Source: Euryarchaeota archaeon RBG_19FT_COMBO_56_21 (GTDB lineage Archaea; Thermoplasmatota; Thermoplasmata; UBA10834). From it: a stretch of DNA of 52,430 bases. Where the stretch lies: NCBI GenBank assembly GCA_001800815.1, contig MGWC01000001.1:1-52430 (forward strand), given 5' to 3'. The notes below the pieces were generated by a model. That model ran no database searches. It saw only the letters and a list, made by a program, of their open reading frames with translations, and was not told the DNA's origin. A program made the position numbers and the translations under genes. Positions 9,974 through 19,849 of this stretch are shown piece after piece; within the stretch, counting starts at the first letter, position 1, and the number at the start of each line of letters is the position of its first letter.

Positions 9974-10831
9974 TCACTTTCTCTGGTTCGCCTTCCACTT
10001 TACGGCCATCACTTCTCGCATGATCCTGGCGCCGAGAACTGAGGTATTGCCATTGTCGTACGGAGGAGATATCTCCACGACATCGAATCCCACCAGTCTG
10101 TCGCCCAGCTTGTTTACGATGTACCTGACGTCCCACGGGGTGATGCCGAAGGGCTCTGGTGTGCCCGTTCCGGGCGCGTAAGCTGGATCGATTCCATCGA
10201 TATCCAATGAAAGGTACACGGGGGTCCTCTTCAGCCTCGAGAGCATTTCGTCGAAAACCTTTGGGGTTCCTTCTTCATGGATTCTGAAAGCGTCAACATA
10301 CAATGCGGTGCTCACATCCTCGTCCGACGATATCGACCTGACACCGAATGCAAAAGCGTTGCCTTCTCCCACGTGGTCCAGAAGTCGTCTGTGCGCGCAA
10401 GCGTGGCTATTCTTCAAGCCCTGATAGGCTTCTCTGAAATCGAGATGGGCATCGATGGTAATGACAGATATCTCACCGAATGCCCTAACCACAGGAGGCG
10501 TAATGGAATGCTCCCCACCGATGAACAGGGGGAATTTTCCCGCAGCCACTAGCCTCTTGGCCTCTTCGTGGATGGCATCCACCATCTCGTCGACAGAACC
10601 CTCCTCGTAGAGGTCGCCCGCGTCGTGAACGGGTATGTCTTCGAAGGTCGTACCGTGCTCGAAATTCTCTCTCTCGAAGGTCTGCGAAGCCTCTCGGACG
10701 GTTGTTGGGGCGAATCTGGTGCCGCTGCGAAAACTAGTCGTCTTATCGAACGGGACGCCGACAATCACGAACCTAGCGTCCTCGAACGGAGCATTGGCGT
10801 CCGCGAACCTGAGCATTCCGCGGATCGGCAT
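9974..10831 (-). CDS. speB: Agmatinase
   Basis: GGEHS, DAHLD, SLDIDGIDP..APGTGTPEP ureohydrolase motifs. Confidence 0.93.
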   Translation of the reverse strand: MPIRGMLRFADANAPFEDARFVIVGVPFDKTTSFRSGTRFAPTTVREASQTFERENFEHGTTFEDIPVHDAGDLYEEGSVDEMVDAIHEEAKRLVAAGKFPLFIGGEHSITPPVVRAFGEISVITIDAHLDFREAYQGLKNSHACAHRRLLDHVGEGNAFAFGVRSISSDEDVSTALYVDAFRIHEEGTPKVFDEMLSRLKRTPVYLSLDIDGIDPAYAPGTGTPEPFGITPWDVRYIVNKLGDRLVGFDVVEISPPYDNGNTSVLGARIMREVMAVKWKANQRK

Positions 10832-10834
10832 CGG

Positions 10835-11221
10835 TCACACCCTTGTGATCTTCTTTCTGTCCATGGCGACGAGGTACATTACCTCCCCGCCCGGCTTGAG
10901 CTCCGCCTTCATCTCCGCGTCCACCGGAAGGTGGAACATCTCGTAGGTCTCGAGGTCCATCAACTCGACCTCGTTGCCTGTGACGGCAATGACCTGACCC
11001 TGTCTCTTGTCAATTAGTGGGACTAGGACCCTGTGCTTCACAGGATAGACGACGCTCCTCTTGCTCCCGTCGAATATGCCGACGGCCTCAATCCTCGCCT
11101 TAGCTTCTCCATGCTTCCCTGGTTTGGATGTGGTGATGCTGAGAATCTTGCACGGCTCGTCGTCGATGACCATGTAGCGGTTCTCCTTGAGCTCCCTGAC
11201 TTCGGCTTGCTCGGTCAACAT
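10835..11221 (-). CDS. eif5a: Translation factor aIF5A
   Basis: [10 protein letters not shown] hypusine-site motif. Confidence 0.97.
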   Translation of the reverse strand: MLTEQAEVRELKENRYMVIDDEPCKILSITTSKPGKHGEAKARIEAVGIFDGSKRSVVYPVKHRVLVPLIDKRQGQVIAVTGNEVELMDLETYEMFHLPVDAEMKAELKPGGEVMYLVAMDRKKITRV

Positions 11222-11353
11222 GGCAATATCACTTCGTTGCTTTCCGTAACTTCTGGGCGCTTAAATATCTTCCTCACGGCCAGGGCCGTCTTCGCAACGG
11301 AAAAGCAGATGAAGAATCTATACAGAACCTTCGCCATGCACCGTGCGACATAG

Positions 11354-12571
11354 ATGAAGACAATCGGACTTGACACGGAGATAGCGAGCATCTCGGAGTC
11401 AATAGACAGCAGAGAAGTAATCGCATTGGCTCAGGAACTCGTCCGAGTCCCCAGCGAGTACAGGAAAGAACACGCAGTATCGAGATACATTTTCAGGAAG
11501 CTCACCAAATGGGGCTTCAGGCCGAAAACAGTCAAAGTAGATGGTTTTGGACCGTGCGTCGTCTGCCAACATGAAGCAGGCCATAGGCGCTCCGTGGTCC
11601 TCAACGGCCATATGGACACGGTCGAGGTCAAAGAGGGCTGGAAGCACGATCCATTCGGCGCCAAGATCGAGAACGGCATGCTATATGGCCTGGGCGCTTT
11701 GGACATGAAATCCGGGCTCGCGGCACTGATGATCGCCTTCAGAACGATTGCCGAGAGCGGGGTCAAGCTACACTGCAATGTGAGATTCCAAGGGGTCACG
11801 GGCGAAGAGGAAAACTCGGCGGGGATAAGGACGCTTATCGCCCGCGGATTCTTCAAAGACGCCAAGGCGACGATAGTGGGAGAGGGCATAGGCGGGATGG
11901 GAGTCATCACGCACGGGCGAAGGGGAGGTTCATACTACAACATTGACGTCATAGGCAAATCCGCTCACGGATCAACGCCACACTTGGGTGTGAGCGCCAT
12001 AGCGGACGCTGCGAGACTCGTTACCGCCCTGGACACGATGAAGATGCGAATCTCTCCGGGATTGATCTCGGATAGCGGTCAACAGCTTTCCGAGAGCCAG
12101 CTTGTGTTGCGCATTTCTGGCGGCGATGTCAGCTACAGCGTCCCCGACAAATGCTCATTGAGGATGATGCGCGCGACCGTTCCGGGCCGACCAGTCGACA
12201 TAACAGAGGAGCTGCAACGAGTCATCAAGAAGCTTGACCTCAAGAGCACAGTGAAAATCAAGATGGAGCGCGGGCCCGGAGACCTGCTGAAGCCTTACTT
12301 CTCGCCTACGGACTCGGAGCTGGTCAATACGGCGAGCAAGTGGATCAAGCACTACACTTCGACGGATCCAAGACTAGTATGTGGACTCTCAGAGGCAGAC
12401 GATAACAAGATCGCAGAGCTCGCACGAGTCCCGGTCATATGCTTCGGCCCGGGAGAGCGCGGGAAGTTGGCAAGATACCACCAGCCTGAGGAGGCGGTGA
12501 GCGTGGCGCAACTTGGAACCGCAGCGAAAATCTACTGCTCGGCCGTTCTAGAACTCGCGTCCGCCCCGTGA
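11354..12571 (+). CDS. M20-family metallopeptidase/deacylase (ArgE/DapE-like)
   Basis: GHMDTV, G..DMKSG, GEEE, GEG and C-terminal YH metal ligands. Confidence 0.88.
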   Translation: MKTIGLDTEIASISESIDSREVIALAQELVRVPSEYRKEHAVSRYIFRKLTKWGFRPKTVKVDGFGPCVVCQHEAGHRRSVVLNGHMDTVEVKEGWKHDPFGAKIENGMLYGLGALDMKSGLAALMIAFRTIAESGVKLHCNVRFQGVTGEEENSAGIRTLIARGFFKDAKATIVGEGIGGMGVITHGRRGGSYYNIDVIGKSAHGSTPHLGVSAIADAARLVTALDTMKMRISPGLISDSGQQLSESQLVLRISGGDVSYSVPDKCSLRMMRATVPGRPVDITEELQRVIKKLDLKSTVKIKMERGPGDLLKPYFSPTDSELVNTASKWIKHYTSTDPRLVCGLSEADDNKIAELARVPVICFGPGERGKLARYHQPEEAVSVAQLGTAAKIYCSAVLELASAP

Positions 12572-12583
12572 ACATACACTGGC

Positions 12584-13627
12584 TCATCTGCGGAAGCGTT
12601 TCTTTCCCATGACCCGCTTCGGAGGTGAGGCGCGCTGTTTTCTGATTTCAGCCATGCGCTTCTCGATCTGTTCCTTGAGGATTCCAGATATGTCATTGTG
12701 AGAATAGGCATCCGCCCGGGCCGCTAGACATATTTTCGCTGCAAGTGCGCGCGCAATAGCGCCTCTCTGCCATGGGGGCGCGTTGTGCACGAGCGGATGC
12801 GTGAAGATAATTCCATGCTTGGGTGGCCTCGACCCTTCTTTCAAATGCCGGAACATCGCTTTCTCGGCACCAAGCAGCTGCACAGTCCCTGAGGGCATCG
12901 ACGCCAGCCGGTGGATGCTCCCTGCGTGCATCATAAGCCGCGCGCCAATCACCGGCCCGACCAGAGCACTTACATTAGGGGCGACTTCCTTCATCCTCAG
13001 GTCGACGTACTTCTCCAGCTTGCGCCTTCCGGAAAGCACTTCGTTTAGCGCACGCGATAGTGTCACGATTGAATCCAGATCCTGCTGCTCGACCTCTGAG
13101 CCGATTGAGTCCATATCGAGCTTCAAGGCCTCGAGCAGCTTCGCACGGGACCCGTGTTCTGCGATGGCTTTAGCATAAGCCTCACCGTCGAGGACATTTT
13201 CGAGCTCGGGGAAGTGCAGACCATACCACTCATGCAGTCTCTCAGACAACAAGTTGGTTGTGTAGACCATATCATCGTATGCGCGCACAGCTTGACCGAG
13301 GTGGACATCGGGGCCCACGCTCTCCTTGACCGCCTGCCTGGCAAGTGCGATGGTGGCCTCCCTGTAGATGTCGATTGAGAATCCGTAGGTTTCAGGCCGG
13401 ACGAAGGAAGAATCGAACTTCACTCTCTTGCCGAATTCGGCCAGGCGCCTGTCTGTCACCTGCTTCGCGGATGAGGCTAGAGCTAGTTCCTCTTCGAGGA
13501 CCTCGCCCTTCTTCATCCTCTGAAGTCTTAGGGCGATATCCTTGGGATCCTTTGGGAAGAGCGCTGCTTTCTTGACTTTCCCCTCTTCGCAAAGGAAGGC
13601 CCCGAACCATTTGGTTACGAGGATCAT
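12584..13627 (-). CDS. nop5: Box C/D sRNP protein Nop5 (Nop56/58)
   Basis: EWYGLHFPEL, APNVSALVG, Q.LGAEKA.F, PPKHGIIF motifs; start MILVTKWF at 13627 inferred. Confidence 0.93.
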   Translation of the reverse strand: MILVTKWFGAFLCEEGKVKKAALFPKDPKDIALRLQRMKKGEVLEEELALASSAKQVTDRRLAEFGKRVKFDSSFVRPETYGFSIDIYREATIALARQAVKESVGPDVHLGQAVRAYDDMVYTTNLLSERLHEWYGLHFPELENVLDGEAYAKAIAEHGSRAKLLEALKLDMDSIGSEVEQQDLDSIVTLSRALNEVLSGRRKLEKYVDLRMKEVAPNVSALVGPVIGARLMMHAGSIHRLASMPSGTVQLLGAEKAMFRHLKEGSRPPKHGIIFTHPLVHNAPPWQRGAIARALAAKICLAARADAYSHNDISGILKEQIEKRMAEIRKQRASPPKRVMGKKRFRR

Positions 13628-13710
13628 CGGTGCCCATATCCTGAAGCCTGCTAAAAAGCCTGTTGTGAGGGTATTCATTAGAACCGTTCATTTGGTGTGA
13701 GTTCCAGGAC

Positions 13711-14709
13711 TCACTTTGACCGCATGAAGGACGAGATCTCACTCGGTTTCAGAATCCCTCTCTCAGTCACGAATGCTTTCACGTATTTCACGGGAGTAAC
13801 GTCAAAGCATGGGTTGAGAGCCTTTGAGCCTCTGGGTGCAACCCTGCAATCGCCCACACAGAGGACTTCGTCCTCTGACCTCTCCTCTATGATGATGCCC
13901 TTACCCGTGCTCATGGAAGGGTCAAAGGTGCTGATAGGAGCTGCCACGTAGAACGGCACCCAATTCTCCTTGGCAAGGACTGCCTTCGTGTAGGTCCCAA
14001 TCTTGTTGGCAAAATCCCCGTTCCTCGCAATCCTGTCCGCGCCGACGATCACAAGGTCGACTGAGTCTTTCATATAATGACCCGCTGCGTTGTCGGAGAT
14101 GATGGCGTGATCGATCCCCTCATTCAGCAACTCCCAGGCCGTGAGTTTCGCACCCTGCAGGCGGGGCCTCGTCTCGTCGACGTAGACGAATACTTTCTTG
14201 CCAGCACGATGAGCAACTCTAATTGGGGCCAGGGCAGTGCCAAAGTCCACAGTAGCCAAAGCGCCCGCGTTGCAGTGCGTCAGTATCCTGCTCCCGTCTT
14301 TAATCAGCTTCGCCCCATTCTCACCTATTCGCTTGCACTTGTCGACTATGCGGTCGGCGTAGGCGGAGGCTTCCTTGACGAGATCCTCGTCGCATCTCTC
14401 AAGCATTAAGTTCACAGCATAGGACAGATCGTATGCGGTCGGCCGAGTCTTAATCAATATCACCGAGACTTTGATCAGTGATTCCTTTCTCTGCCAAGCA
14501 AGCGCCATACCGTATGCGCCAGCCGCGCCAATTGATGGAGCTCCTCTGATGGTCATGTTCGATATCGCTTCTGCCATCTCCCTGGGGGTGCGGATGGACA
14601 CTATTCTCAGCTGATCCGGGAGCAGACGCTGATCGATCGCCTTGACGATCCCCTTCTCCATCCAAAGAGCGCGAATGTCCTTAGTGCCTCGGGCGGTCTT
14701 AACGAGCAT
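13711..14709 (-). CDS. mtnA: S-methyl-5-thioribose-1-phosphate isomerase
   Basis: IDQR.LP, IRGAP.IG, RPTA, THCNAGALAT, ETRP.LQG, NKIGTY. Confidence 0.93.
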   Translation of the reverse strand: MLVKTARGTKDIRALWMEKGIVKAIDQRLLPDQLRIVSIRTPREMAEAISNMTIRGAPSIGAAGAYGMALAWQRKESLIKVSVILIKTRPTAYDLSYAVNLMLERCDEDLVKEASAYADRIVDKCKRIGENGAKLIKDGSRILTHCNAGALATVDFGTALAPIRVAHRAGKKVFVYVDETRPRLQGAKLTAWELLNEGIDHAIISDNAAGHYMKDSVDLVIVGADRIARNGDFANKIGTYTKAVLAKENWVPFYVAAPISTFDPSMSTGKGIIIEERSEDEVLCVGDCRVAPRGSKALNPCFDVTPVKYVKAFVTERGILKPSEISSFMRSK

Positions 14710-14769
14710 CTGAACCCGCCTCGTGAATCAGCATTGCGAGATAAAAGAATCGGTGCGATTACCCTGCCA

Positions 14770-14784
14770 AAAGAAACTTAAACC
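14770..14784 (+). promoter_or_regulatory. BRE/TATA promoter of tRNA-Val
   Basis: AAAGAAACTTAAACC (purine run then TTAAA) 30-45 nt upstream of the tRNA. Confidence 0.5.
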
Positions 14785-14814
14785 AATGGGGCATTCATCG
14801 ACCTGCTCCGACAA

Positions 14815-14887
14815 GGGCCCATGGTCTAGCGGTTATGACAGCGCTCTCACACAGCGCAGATCACCGGTTCAAATCCGGTTGGGCCCA
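14815..14887 (+). tRNA. tRNA-Val (anticodon CAC), CCA not encoded
   Basis: Acceptor GGGCCCA/TGGGCCC, anticodon arm GCGCT-CTCACAC-AGCGC, T arm ACCGG-TTCAAAT-CCGGT, discriminator A. Confidence 0.97.
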
Positions 14888-14890
14888 CTC
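14875..14890 (+). repeat. Left copy of 16-bp direct repeat CCGGTTGGGCCCACTC (tRNA 3' end)
   Basis: Identical to 23274-23289. Confidence 0.9.
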
Positions 14891-15071
14891 CATGTTGCAG
14901 CCAGACAATTATCCTCAGATTCCAGACACACAGATTTCCCGGTTGATTGAGTTCAGATCTCAATTCCCTGGCTTTGAACATGTTTGGGCCCCTTCGTGCC
15001 CACACGATCGGCCAGCTCTGTGCCGCGACTGGAGTTCCTGAACACTAATTCGCCTGCCCCTGCTAGACTCG

Positions 15072-16355
15072 TCATGAGATTTCTCTCTGCTGGAGCCTCT
15101 TCCTCTTGTCTATCGTTTTCTCAGTTCTGTAACTGAGGACAGTCGCAATGATAGTCGTGCCAAGAATGACAATGAGAGTGGTGTTGAGGAACAACGCCGT
15201 CAAGTCGATGCCCTGCGGCAAATCAGGCGCGCCTACGAGCAAGGTCGTGGCTCCCGTGGCCAGTACTGCAGCTGCCAATCCTCGAGGCATGAGAGCGAAC
15301 AACGCAGACGAATCCTCCTGAGGAAGCGTGCCTATTCTGCTCGTGGCAGAGGACGTGATCCACCGAACTGCCACGATTACACACAGCATCGCGATACCGA
15401 CAATGAGCTGCAGTCCATCTATGGTTCCGAATTCGAAAAGCAAGCCCATGTAGACGAAGAAGAACGTCCGTATGAAGAAGGTTATTTCTGCGTGGAAACG
15501 CTGAATCCTGTCATCGGAACCACCTGAGAGGTACACAGAAGTGATTTGTCTTTTCACGAAACCGCGGTTCCCTATCGACAGGCCAAAAGCCAAGGCTGCA
15601 ATCGCACCCGAGCTACCGACTAGTTCAACCGCGCCTGCAGTGAGGAACAGCACTGCGATTGTCAGCATGTAGGCAAGAGGTTGCCTTTGAAGGAGCTGAA
15701 GAGCATAGAGCCAGAGCACTCCAACCCCAAAGCCCATCAGCGCACCACCCAAGAAATCGAATGTAAGATCTCCCGCGAGGTTCACGGCGTTGAACTCGCC
15801 AACTCTCACAATCGTGAGCAGGGTAATGGCGGCGAGAATGACCAAGACATCTGTGAGGGAAGATTCAATGACAAGAGTCGATTTCGTAGAGGGCCTAATC
15901 CTCAGTCTACCCGCAATGGGAATCACTATCGCGCCACTCGTTCCTCCGACTATCGCACCCAGGCTCATGGCAATGTAGATGCTCTCGCCAATCGCAACGT
16001 AGACCACGGCTGCGACTGCCATCATTGTAAGCAGAAACGTGGCGGTTGCCATGAAGAGCGAGAGCCTCATCGACTCGAACACGGCCCTTATGTCCAATGT
16101 CAAGCCTCCATCGAAAAGGATCATGACGAGCGCCACGGAGAGGAAAAGATCCCTGTAATTGTTGAATTCCTCCAGAGTCTCAGTCGTAAGAAGGTGGAGC
16201 CTACCTCCAAGAATGGCCGGTCCGAGCAGAACTCCGACAAAGACCAGCAAGAGCACGTCAGGTACCTTGTACCTCTTGAATATCAAGTTGCCAAAGAATC
16301 CGATGAACACAACCGCACCGATGGCCAGAAACGCGACTATCGTGTTGTCATCCAT
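15072..16355 (-). CDS. Cation/H+ antiporter, CPA1 (NhaP-like)
   Basis: ILFDGG, GGTSGA, ES..TD, FF..G, PRGLAAA motifs, ~12-13 TM; start MDD at 16355 inferred. Confidence 0.88.
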   Translation of the reverse strand: MDDNTIVAFLAIGAVVFIGFFGNLIFKRYKVPDVLLLVFVGVLLGPAILGGRLHLLTTETLEEFNNYRDLFLSVALVMILFDGGLTLDIRAVFESMRLSLFMATATFLLTMMAVAAVVYVAIGESIYIAMSLGAIVGGTSGAIVIPIAGRLRIRPSTKSTLVIESSLTDVLVILAAITLLTIVRVGEFNAVNLAGDLTFDFLGGALMGFGVGVLWLYALQLLQRQPLAYMLTIAVLFLTAGAVELVGSSGAIAALAFGLSIGNRGFVKRQITSVYLSGGSDDRIQRFHAEITFFIRTFFFVYMGLLFEFGTIDGLQLIVGIAMLCVIVAVRWITSSATSRIGTLPQEDSSALFALMPRGLAAAVLATGATTLLVGAPDLPQGIDLTALFLNTTLIVILGTTIIATVLSYRTEKTIDKRKRLQQREIS

Positions 16356-16422
16356 CTTCCGCACCGTTCCTTTTCAACCCAATTAGTCAAGGGCAGCTTA
16401 GGGCTGACCACGCGATGTCCTC

Positions 16423-17715
16423 CTATCCGCGCAGTCGTTCAACCACAGCATCTTGTCCTGATCTCTGTCGGGACTCCACAGGACAGGCTTCTTCTGATGT
16501 GGGAGTCCCGCTCATAGCCCTCCTGAGAAGAAACGGCGTGAAAACAGCCGTTAGAACCCCCATCAATATGATCACAGAGTAGATCTCCTTGGAAATAATC
16601 CCGATTGTCAGGCCGTACAGTCCTATGATCATGGCCACCTCCAATCTTGGTGACATTCCGATGCCTATCGAGAGGGAGTCTCGTCTTGATATTCCAAGCA
16701 GGCGCGCAGGAATGCCACAACCCGCGACCTTCGAGAGCACTGCCACGACCGTCAGCAATGCTGCGAACAGCCAGGCGATTCCCGATATCTCCCCAAGGTC
16801 AACAAGGACCCCAAGCGACACGAAGAATATCGGTGCAAAGACCATCTCGAGGACTGAGAGCTGTCTCTTGTAGCTCGATCTGAATTGACAGCGTGCAAAG
16901 CTCGTCCCGGCTACAAAGGCTCCTATAATCGCGGAAATGCCAATAGCCTCTGATACGACAGAGTATACGAAGGCAATGCACAACGCCAACAGAAACCCGC
17001 TCTCCTCTATACCTCTCTCCAGGCCTCGCTTCTGGACAGCAGCAATTCCCTTCGCGATATACTTGGAGCCGATATAGGCTCCCAGGCCGACAAACGCTGC
17101 TGAAGCGAACACAAGAAGAAACAGTTCCCAAAGGTCGATGCCTGCTCCTGTTGCTGTTCCCTTAGATATCCCGAGCACAACCATACCGAGAACATCGTCG
17201 ACCACCGCAGCTCCTATGATGATCTTGGCGGTATCGGATCCTATGACCCTCATCTCGCGAAGAACCCCGGCAGTGATTGCCACGCTCGTTGCCACAAGCG
17301 CGGCGCCAACGAAAACTGATTGGGAGAACTTGTCGTAGCCGTTGCCGGGTTCAGGAAGCATCAGTTCTGCCAGAACGAAACCGCAGACCCACGGTACGAT
17401 CACACCACCAAGTGCAATGACCATCGAGCGCTTTGTGTAGATCTGCTTGATATCACATTCGAGGCCTATCATGAACAGAAGCAAGATGGCGCCAAGATTC
17501 GCCAATTGCTCCACCAGATTTCCAGTTACTGTTCCGCCAACCGATATCAAGCCCAAAACGCTCGGTCCAATCACGATACCAACTATCAGTTGGCCGAGGA
17601 TCTTCGGCTGCCTGAACCTTGCGAATAGGAAGCTTGAAGCTATGGCCACAGAGAGTAGAAGTGACAACTGCAGCCACAGATTGCCTACTATTGCGCTCCA
17701 GATGTCCTCGAGCAT
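16423..17715 (-). CDS. Cation/H+ antiporter, CPA2 (NapA/Kef-like)
   Basis: LLF.IGLE, ATSVAI, VVDDVL, GAFVAG, PIFFVS.G, PRLEV motifs. Confidence 0.9.
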   Translation of the reverse strand: MLEDIWSAIVGNLWLQLSLLLSVAIASSFLFARFRQPKILGQLIVGIVIGPSVLGLISVGGTVTGNLVEQLANLGAILLLFMIGLECDIKQIYTKRSMVIALGGVIVPWVCGFVLAELMLPEPGNGYDKFSQSVFVGAALVATSVAITAGVLREMRVIGSDTAKIIIGAAVVDDVLGMVVLGISKGTATGAGIDLWELFLLVFASAAFVGLGAYIGSKYIAKGIAAVQKRGLERGIEESGFLLALCIAFVYSVVSEAIGISAIIGAFVAGTSFARCQFRSSYKRQLSVLEMVFAPIFFVSLGVLVDLGEISGIAWLFAALLTVVAVLSKVAGCGIPARLLGISRRDSLSIGIGMSPRLEVAMIIGLYGLTIGIISKEIYSVIILMGVLTAVFTPFLLRRAMSGTPTSEEACPVESRQRSGQDAVVERLRG

Positions 17716-17791
17716 GGTCTAACCTTTTTGTCATGGCGGTGCGTTCTTCCGATGGCCTTCGAACATGTTTCCCCAGCATTGGTCCTCTCGC

Positions 17792-18571
17792 TCAGCCACG
17801 CCTTTGACGTCTCATTACTTCGCTTCCGAGGAGAAGGATCTCAAAGCCGTTGAGCTCCCCAATGAGTGTGTTATGCTCGTCAATGACAGGCAGGTCTTCA
17901 AGGCCATGTTTCATCATCTTCTCCAACGCAGTCAGCAGCCTGTCGTCCTCAGTGACCGTCACGGGCTTCACCATGTATTCCTCGACCGAGAAAGGGAGGG
18001 GGATTCGCTTGGACCGCGGCTGTTGCCGCCCTTTCTCGAAAAGCGATAGTGAACCCTGGATTGCAGCCAGCATCTCGGTGAGTCCAATCATTCCGATGAG
18101 CTTTCTCTTGTCGTCGACGACGTACGCGCTCCTTGTCCTTGGGTCGGCCAACACTCTGTCAACGACATCGTGAAGGCCCATGCCCTTCGTGACGACGATT
18201 GGATTGGCCACGACAAGCCTGTAAGCGTCCCTCACGAATCTGAATGAGAGCTCGTCGGCCATCCGTTCGAACATACCAACGCTCAATTCCCTCTCCACTA
18301 GGTCGAGCACGCTCTTTCCAACTGAGGTTAGACCGAACTTCTTCCATGTCTTCCGTCCAGGTTCCAACAGAGAAACGACCTTCCTCTCCTCCAGTTCCTT
18401 CAATGCCGTGCCGACGTTCTGAATCGAGCGATCTGTGTCCCGTGCGATTTCAGAGGCGCCGAGGTACTGGTTGTGCGCGAAACATCTGAGGGTGACAAGC
18501 CTTCGATCTGACATGATTATCCATCTTACAGTGTCCTTCATGCTCTGCTCCATGGTCTCACAATTCTCCAT
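17792..18571 (-). CDS. Winged-helix regulator fused to a CBS-domain pair
   Basis: N-terminal ASEIARDTDRSIQNV..ALKEL HTH with LTSVG wing; C-terminal VVDD..KLIG and LPVIDE..LIG CBS motifs; start uncertain. Confidence 0.85.
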   Translation of the reverse strand: MENCETMEQSMKDTVRWIIMSDRRLVTLRCFAHNQYLGASEIARDTDRSIQNVGTALKELEERKVVSLLEPGRKTWKKFGLTSVGKSVLDLVERELSVGMFERMADELSFRFVRDAYRLVVANPIVVTKGMGLHDVVDRVLADPRTRSAYVVDDKRKLIGMIGLTEMLAAIQGSLSLFEKGRQQPRSKRIPLPFSVEEYMVKPVTVTEDDRLLTALEKMMKHGLEDLPVIDEHNTLIGELNGFEILLLGSEVMRRQRRG

Positions 18572-18658
18572 CTCGAGTTTCTCTCAGGCACTCGGCTTGT
18601 TGTGATAATTGCGGACAAGGATTTAATAGTTATTCATCATTATTCACAGATAGTCACA

Positions 18659-18706
18659 GGGATGTGCGGGCTCTCAACCCCCAATTTTGGCCCCACTGCA
18701 CATCCC
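18659..18706 (+). promoter_or_regulatory. Stem-loop in the presumptive 5' leader of the opine dehydrogenase operon
   Basis: GGGATGTGC (18659-67) pairs with GCACATCCC (18698-706), inner GGGC/GCCC; TATA-like TTTAATA at 18622-28. Confidence 0.45.
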
Positions 18707-18730
18707 ACGACTTGCCCCGAGAGTGCTCCG

Positions 18731-19849
18731 ATGCCGTACAAGAAAAGAAAAGGAGAGAGGAAGCCAACTTTTGCAGTCCTGGGAGCAGGTCACGGAGGCT
18801 TGGCGATGGCAGGCCATCTAGCGCTTCTTGGCTTCCGCACACGGCTCTGGAACCGGTCGCGCGAAAGGACAGATCGTGTCTCCGACCGCGGAGGAATAGA
18901 GCTGGAGGGCGTGATAGAAGGTTTTGGGGAATTGGAGCTGGCCACGGACGATATTGGTGCCGCAATCGAAGGAGCGGATGTGATCATGGTGGTGGTGCCC
19001 GCAACGGGGCACAGAGACATCGCCAAGCTGTGCGCCCCGCATCTTAATCGCAACCAAGTCATAGTCCTGAATCCCGGAAGGACTTTCGGAGCGCTTGAGT
19101 TCCTTCAGGTGCTCAACAATGAGGAAGCTCCGGCCACTCCCACGTTGGCTGAGGCCCAGACTTTCATCTACGTATCTCGCCACACGGACTTCGCGCACGC
19201 GCGCATAATGCAGATCAAGAACTCCGTCCCTCTTGCGGCAATCCCCGCGCACAAGACGCCGGAAGTTCTGGACATCGTCCGAAAGGCCCTTCCCGAATTC
19301 GTAGCAGCAACAAACGTCCTCGAGACGAGCCTCGACAACATAGGAGCCATCTTCCATCCGGCTCTCACTATCCTCAATGCGGCTAGAATAGAATCTACTC
19401 ACGGCGACTTCGAGTACTATCTTGAGGGTGTCTCCCCTTCGACGGCGAGGATCGTCGAAGCTGCGGACATGGAGCGCGTTGCATTGGGGACAGCTCTTGG
19501 CGTGCACCTCCACACCGCAAGGGAATGGCTCTATCTGGCCTATTCTTCTGCTGGTAAGACGCTTTATGATGCCACCCAGGGCACCCCTGGCTACAAGGGG
19601 GTAAGAGCTCCATCGACACTGACTCACAGGTACATCCTCGAGGATGTTCCAATGAGCCTCGTGCCGATGGTCTCAGTTGGCAAGTTGCTGGGGGTGAAGA
19701 CCCCCACGCTCAACGCACTCATTCACATGGCTTCTCTTATTCACGCTCGCGATTTCTGGGCCGAGGGCAGGACTGTCCAGAAGCTAGGTCTTGCTGGGAT
19801 GTCAGTTGAGGATATCCGAATGCTGGCCGTCAGAGGAGTGTCAAAATGA
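18731..19849 (+). CDS. NAD(P)-dependent opine (octopine/nopaline) dehydrogenase family protein
   Basis: Rossmann GAGHGG, LNPGRTFG, N.GAIFHP, D.ER.A, HRY..EDVP, G..TP motifs; start ATG 18731 inferred. Confidence 0.9.
   Translation: MPYKKRKGERKPTFAVLGAGHGGLAMAGHLALLGFRTRLWNRSRERTDRVSDRGGIELEGVIEGFGELELATDDIGAAIEGADVIMVVVPATGHRDIAKLCAPHLNRNQVIVLNPGRTFGALEFLQVLNNEEAPATPTLAEAQTFIYVSRHTDFAHARIMQIKNSVPLAAIPAHKTPEVLDIVRKALPEFVAATNVLETSLDNIGAIFHPALTILNAARIESTHGDFEYYLEGVSPSTARIVEAADMERVALGTALGVHLHTAREWLYLAYSSAGKTLYDATQGTPGYKGVRAPSTLTHRYILEDVPMSLVPMVSVGKLLGVKTPTLNALIHMASLIHARDFWAEGRTVQKLGLAGMSVEDIRMLAVRGVSK

Noticed and set aside
14984-14991. Additional att-like TTGGGCCC just downstream of the tRNA
   Set aside because: Only 8 bp; expected by chance
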